Assembly: GCA_017552705.1 (NCBI GenBank)
Contig: JAFZOY010000045.1
Span: 11,405-75,404 of the forward strand
DNA length: 64,000 nucleotides
Source of the DNA: Bacteroidales bacterium
Lineage (GTDB): Bacteria; Bacteroidota; Bacteroidia; Bacteroidales; UBA1715
Direction: 5' to 3'
The position numbers were made by a program, and so were the translations under genes. Below the pieces are notes generated by a model. That model had not been told where the DNA came from. It saw nothing but the letters and a program-made list of their open reading frames with translations, and searched no databases. Shown one piece after another: positions 59,608 to 64,000 of the stretch (its first letter is position 1; the number at the start of each line of letters is the position of its first letter).

Positions 59608-59894
59608 CCCCCGTTGGATAGTATTATTTAAAATCGTTCAATTTATTCCTGTAAAAAGCGGATTTATGCCATTTTTACCTCTCACGAATCTCCACCGTTC
59701 GCACGGGTATATATCGTTAGTTGAATTTAAATTCTAATTATCAAGGAGATTTCAATAGGATTATGGAATCTAAAAATAAGAGATTTCAGCAATCCTTTTC
59801 GGTTGTCAAGATATATTCTGTTAGTTTTTCTCTTGAAAGAAAAAGTAACCAAAAAGTTCGAGATTGTAAATAATCATTGAAACGTGTACACAAA

Positions 59895-59935
59895 TATATT
59901 TTTGGCAATAAGTCCTGTTTATTGCCAAAAATATA
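59895..59935. terminator. 17-bp perfect hairpin, likely terminator of the downstream minus-strand gene
   Basis: TATATTTTTGGCAATAA (59895-59911) / TTATTGCCAAAAATATA (59919-59935). Confidence 0.75.
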
Positions 59936-59963
59936 CTAAAATGATTTTACGGTAGGAGAACCG

Positions 59964-62900
59964 TTATTTTACAATTACTGTAAATGACTGCTCTTCAACT
60001 TTTACAAAATACACGCCTTGTAATCTAACGTCGAAACTTTGTATTGCTTCGTCTGCCGAAGATGTATGCGATATAACTCTACCTGTGTTATCGTATATGG
60101 TAATAGCTTTGTCTATTGCATTCTTCACATTGATTGTATGATCTACTGCATATACAACCACTGCATTTTCTACATCTTCCACAGCAGTTGTCTCTTCTGC
60201 ATTTTCAGCTTCGGCGACATTTGATATAGCCAACGAGAATGGTCCTGATTCAGCTTTGATTGTAGCACCATCAACTTTGTTGCCATGGATGTCATGGTAA
60301 CAAAGTTCGTTTACTTCGTTTTCAAGAACAAACAAAACTTTATAATACATCTTACCTTCGAATGATTCAAGTTCATCCCACGTTTCAGTCATGTTACTTG
60401 CTGGTACACGATCAATAGTATCCATTGCTGTTGGATCTGAACCACGCAAGACAAGATATTGGGAAACTAATTCCATTGGTTCGTATGCATTCCAGTTCAA
60501 ACTTGGTTTCTCGTCAATTTGTTTTCTGATTGACAAGTGCATTGAACGATGAGGTTTGCTGACAGCAGTGTTTCCACATTCGTCAATTGTTCTTAAACGA
60601 TATTTGTATGAGCGAGTTGCAGGTACATTGTAATCCACAACCAACGCCGGTTGACCGAAGAAAACAGTGTCGTCAACAGCAACCCAGTTGTTTGTATAGT
60701 CAGTTTCACGCTCTACTATATAACCTACAGTTCCAACATCAACTGTTTTTTCCCAAGCAATAATCATATCTGTCGCGTTCTCACTATAAGTTACAATACC
60801 AAGTTGTTCAGCATACGGCTTCTTAATAGTGATTGAAACAGTATCGTATGCTTTGCAACCGTAAGGAGATGTTACCATAACCGTTACCGTATCTGTTTCA
60901 CCAAAGACTATAGATGAATTTACGGAAATTGGATTTCTCTTGCTCTGACGGAACCATACGCAAGAGTTGTCCTCTTCAGTTTGAGCATCAAGATACGCAA
61001 GTTCACCACTACATAAAACTTGATCTTCGCCTAAGTTTACTGAAGGCTTGGCTGCTATAGTAATTGATGTTGCAAGTCCGTAAGCAGTTTCAGAACATTC
61101 AGCATCGCCAAGAGAAGTCAATCGATATGAGTAAACACCTTCTGACTGTGGCAAATCAAGAACAAATTCTTTTTCCTCAACAGTTTCTGTAAATGATTGT
61201 TCACCATTGTTATATGTGAATGTGAATGGTGCAACACCATCGAATAGGAACGATGCAGGTTGAACTATTTCTTCGTTGCCACAATACACTTTCGAACTTG
61301 AAACAGTTGCAGTAGGACGAGAACGGAATGTTACAGCTAACGTGTCAGAATTTGTACAACCATTTTCGTTGGCAATCGTAACTGTAATTTCTTTATTATT
61401 AACAATTGGCCAATAGTTAAATACCAAATTCTCATCAACGGTCAAAGAACTTGTAGTACCTATAATCGCTCCATTTGATTTCCATTCGTAAGAATCAGCA
61501 TTTCCTGCATTCAAAACAAGAGCTTCTCCATAACAAAGAGTCGTGTCTGTACCAATAGTTACTATAGGAATGTCTGAAACAACTATTCTCGCCTTCGCGG
61601 TTTGTCTGTTCGATGAACAGTATGCATCCTGCAACGATACGATAGAATAGTTATACAAACCGACTGATGATGGAGCTTCCGTTTGAAGCGTTGCTTCCTC
61701 CTGAGATTCAATGTATGTTGTGTCGATACCGTCAGTATAAGCGAATGTGAACGGTGCTGTTCCTTTCAGGCTTATTGTGGCACCTTCAACGCCTTCTGTG
61801 CCACAGTATGTGGCGCCGCCCGATATTGTTGCACTTGGACGATCCTTGAATGTCACCATCATCGTGTCACTTGCGGAACAACCCTCTGCATTCGTAACTA
61901 CCGCAACAATTTCCTGTTCATTCTTGTTTGGAGAATATCCATATATTAAGGCAGTATCCACTTCCATTGATGATGAACGGCTTACATAGTTGCCGTTTGC
62001 GTACCATTTTGCTTCAGCACCGGCATTTAATACAATACTTTCTCCATAGCATAGTGTTGTGTCATTTCCTAAAGAAACCGTTGGAATTTCGGCAACAACA
62101 ACCTTTGCCTTCGATGACTGGTAGTCCGCACTACAGTATGCATCCTTCAACGATACAATTGAATAGTTATACAAACCAACTGATGACGGGGCTTCCGTTT
62201 GAAGCATTGCTTCTTCCTGAGATTCAATGTATGTTGTGTCGATACCGTCAGTATAGGCGAATGTGAACGGTGCTGTTCCTTTCAGGCTTATTGTGGCACC
62301 TTCAACACCTTCTGTGCCGCAGTATGTGGCGCCACCCGATATTGTTGCACTTGGACGTTCAATGAATGTTACTATCATTGTGTCGCTTGCGAAACAACCA
62401 TTGGATGTTGTTTTTGTTGCAACAATTTCCTGCACTTTTGAAATTGGGATGTTATTATTTACAATTGCTGTATCAACAAGGAATGAAGTCGAAGTAGTAA
62501 TGTGAATACCATCACGACGAGGACTCCATACATACGAAGCACCTTCTTCAGCATTCAATTGTAATGTAAGTTCTTCGCCATAACACAATGTTGTATCGTT
62601 GCCAAGGACAACTTCAGGTATTTCGGCAACAACAACGCGTGCTTTGCTTACTTGAAGATCGGCGGTACAAGTTGCATCTTTCAATGAAAGAATAGAATAA
62701 TCATACACGCCTATTGCAGTTGGTTTTTGTGCTTGTAGCGATGCCGTTTCCAACGAATCCACATTTGTTGTTTCCTCGCCGTCAGTATAGGTAAATGTAA
62801 ATGGGGCAGTTCCTTTCAAGTTGAATGTTGCGCCTTGTGCGTTATCAAGACCGCAGTATGTTGTTGAACCTGTAATTGAAACAGTTGGACGTTCTTTAAA

Positions 62901-64000
62901 TGTCACCACAACCGTATCTTTTACAACACAACCTTCTGCACTCGTTACAGTGGCAACAATTTCCTGAACATTTGATATTGGGAAGTTATGGTTTACAACA
63001 GCTGTGTCGACGATATATGAATCTTTCAATTCTGCGTGAACACCGTCACGTAATGGCAACCACGAATATATTGCACCATCATTGTGAACATTTAACGCTA
63101 AACTTTCGCCATAGCATAGAGTAGTATCCGCACCAAGTTCCACAGTTGGTAACGGAATGACTTTTACTACAGTTGTCTGACTTGTAGTGTCGGCCGAGCA
63201 ATACGCATCTTCCAACGCATTCATTCTATATGTGTATTCACCAATACCTGGAGCTGCAGGAGTAAATGTTTTTCCTCGAAAATCTTCTGTGAATTGCTCT
63301 ACACCGTCAGTATATGTAAATCGGAATGGTGCAACACCCGAAACAGTGAATGTAGGTGCAACAGATTCTTTCTCACCGCAATACAAACCTCCTTCGCCGA
63401 AGGTGATTGTTGGACGGGAACGGAATGTGAGGACTACCGTATCGCTGTTAGAACAGCCAAATTTGTCTTGTACTTCAACGGAAAGTTTACGTTCGTTGCC
63501 TAAACCTTGAATTGTTTGCAACAAAATTGTATCGGCAATAAATGTTTGCTCTATCTCGGCAGTTTCAAAATCTCGGGTTGCCGACCAGTTATATTTCATG
63601 AAACCAGCACCGGCATCCAAAACGATGGTATCTCCATAGCAGATACTTCTATCTTCACCCAAATTAACTACTGGATTTGGTACGACATTCAACATAATAC
63701 TTCGTGAAGATTCACAACCAAGTGCATCTATTGCAGTCAAACGGTAGGTGTTTGGCTCGTTGACAACTATGCTTTTTTGAGTACTTATCACATCAGTTCC
63801 TTCACCATTGTCCCAACTATATGTTGCATAGTCGGCAACAGCTGAAATAGTGGTAGTAACTCCACTACAAATCGCACGCACATCGTTGAACGATACAGGT
63901 TCTCCAACAACAACCGTTACTGCATCAAGATATGGCACACCATTTTTATATGATGTTGCAGAAACTGATTGCGTTTCATACAAATAATTTATCGTAACAG
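59964..64000 (-). CDS. Large T9SS-secreted Ig/PKD-like repeat surface protein, 5'-truncated at the window end
   Basis: The frame stays open past 63983 to the edge (..VTINYLYET). Repeated PxVxLGxDTTLCYGE and GTAPFTFxYTDG modules. CTD IYDNTGRVI..GVYFVKV. Confidence 0.85.
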   Translation of the reverse strand, partial: VTINYLYETQSVSATSYKNGVPYLDAVTVVVGEPVSFNDVRAICSGVTTTISAVADYATYSWDNGEGTDVISTQKSIVVNEPNTYRLTAIDALGCESSRSIMLNVVPNPVVNLGEDRSICYGDTIVLDAGAGFMKYNWSATRDFETAEIEQTFIADTILLQTIQGLGNERKLSVEVQDKFGCSNSDTVVLTFRSRPTITFGEGGLYCGEKESVAPTFTVSGVAPFRFTYTDGVEQFTEDFRGKTFTPAAPGIGEYTYRMNALEDAYCSADTTSQTTVVKVIPLPTVELGADTTLCYGESLALNVHNDGAIYSWLPLRDGVHAELKDSYIVDTAVVNHNFPISNVQEIVATVTSAEGCVVKDTVVVTFKERPTVSITGSTTYCGLDNAQGATFNLKGTAPFTFTYTDGEETTNVDSLETASLQAQKPTAIGVYDYSILSLKDATCTADLQVSKARVVVAEIPEVVLGNDTTLCYGEELTLQLNAEEGASYVWSPRRDGIHITTSTSFLVDTAIVNNNIPISKVQEIVATKTTSNGCFASDTMIVTFIERPSATISGGATYCGTEGVEGATISLKGTAPFTFAYTDGIDTTYIESQEEAMLQTEAPSSVGLYNYSIVSLKDAYCSADYQSSKAKVVVAEIPTVSLGNDTTLCYGESIVLNAGAEAKWYANGNYVSRSSSMEVDTALIYGYSPNKNEQEIVAVVTNAEGCSASDTMMVTFKDRPSATISGGATYCGTEGVEGATISLKGTAPFTFAYTDGIDTTYIESQEEATLQTEAPSSVGLYNYSIVSLQDAYCSSNRQTAKARIVVSDIPIVTIGTDTTLCYGEALVLNAGNADSYEWKSNGAIIGTTSSLTVDENLVFNYWPIVNNKEITVTIANENGCTNSDTLAVTFRSRPTATVSSSKVYCGNEEIVQPASFLFDGVAPFTFTYNNGEQSFTETVEEKEFVLDLPQSEGVYSYRLTSLGDAECSETAYGLATSITIAAKPSVNLGEDQVLCSGELAYLDAQTEEDNSCVWFRQSKRNPISVNSSIVFGETDTVTVMVTSPYGCKAYDTVSITIKKPYAEQLGIVTYSENATDMIIAWEKTVDVGTVGYIVERETDYTNNWVAVDDTVFFGQPALVVDYNVPATRSYKYRLRTIDECGNTAVSKPHRSMHLSIRKQIDEKPSLNWNAYEPMELVSQYLVLRGSDPTAMDTIDRVPASNMTETWDELESFEGKMYYKVLFVLENEVNELCYHDIHGNKVDGATIKAESGPFSLAISNVAEAENAEETTAVEDVENAVVVYAVDHTINVKNAIDKAITIYDNTGRVISHTSSADEAIQSFDVRLQGVYFVKVEEQSFTVIVK
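61617..62357. repeat. Two near-identical copies of about 225 bp (61617-61841 and 62133-62357) within the repeat protein
   Basis: Offset 516 bp. Both encode RPSATISGGATYCGTEGVEGATISLKGTAPFTFAYTDGIDTTYIESQEEA. Confidence 0.9.

Noticed and set aside
61617-62357. Near-identical repeat pair as a diversity-generating retroelement TR/VR
   Set aside because: Both copies are in-frame modules of the same CDS, the differences look mostly synonymous rather than adenine-specific, and no reverse transcriptase is in the window.
1-64000. tRNA, rRNA, integrase or IS elements
   Set aside because: None recognised by eye. A tRNAscan/Rfam/ISEScan run would be needed to exclude them formally.

Overview
Bacteroidales-type chromosomal window, judged from T9SS cargo proteins, PorP/SprF genes and repeated TAnnTTTG -7 promoter boxes. 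Housekeeping genes (fadD-like ligase, tsaD, tamB, an S66 LD-carboxypeptidase, metG, dapL) alternate with large secreted proteins: a CotH/lamin-tail protein, a 3343-aa GH8 multimodular glycanase, a PorU-like C25 peptidase, a type-B CTD adhesin with its PorP partner, and a 5'-truncated repeat protein. The most notable part is a 12.3-kb minus-strand defence island (10423-22675). In it a type I restriction-modification operon is split by nested cargo: hsdM - vbhA/fic - hsdS - sir2 - herA - KTSC - [inverted-repeat promoter] - XRE HTH - ImmA/IrrE peptidase - PIN - hsdR. Two arrangements stand out. One is a Sir2-HerA pair with a tightly linked KTSC third gene. The other is hsdR placed at the end of an HTH/metallopeptidase/PIN unit behind a palindromic operator, which suggests a stress-inducible restriction subunit. 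Also present: an orphan SiaB-SiaC fusion plus SiaC pair, an in-frame palindromic insertion in hsdM, an 11-bp repeat tract in fic, and a structured element with a heptamer array upstream of the GH8 gene. All family calls come from motif recognition by eye; no searches were run.
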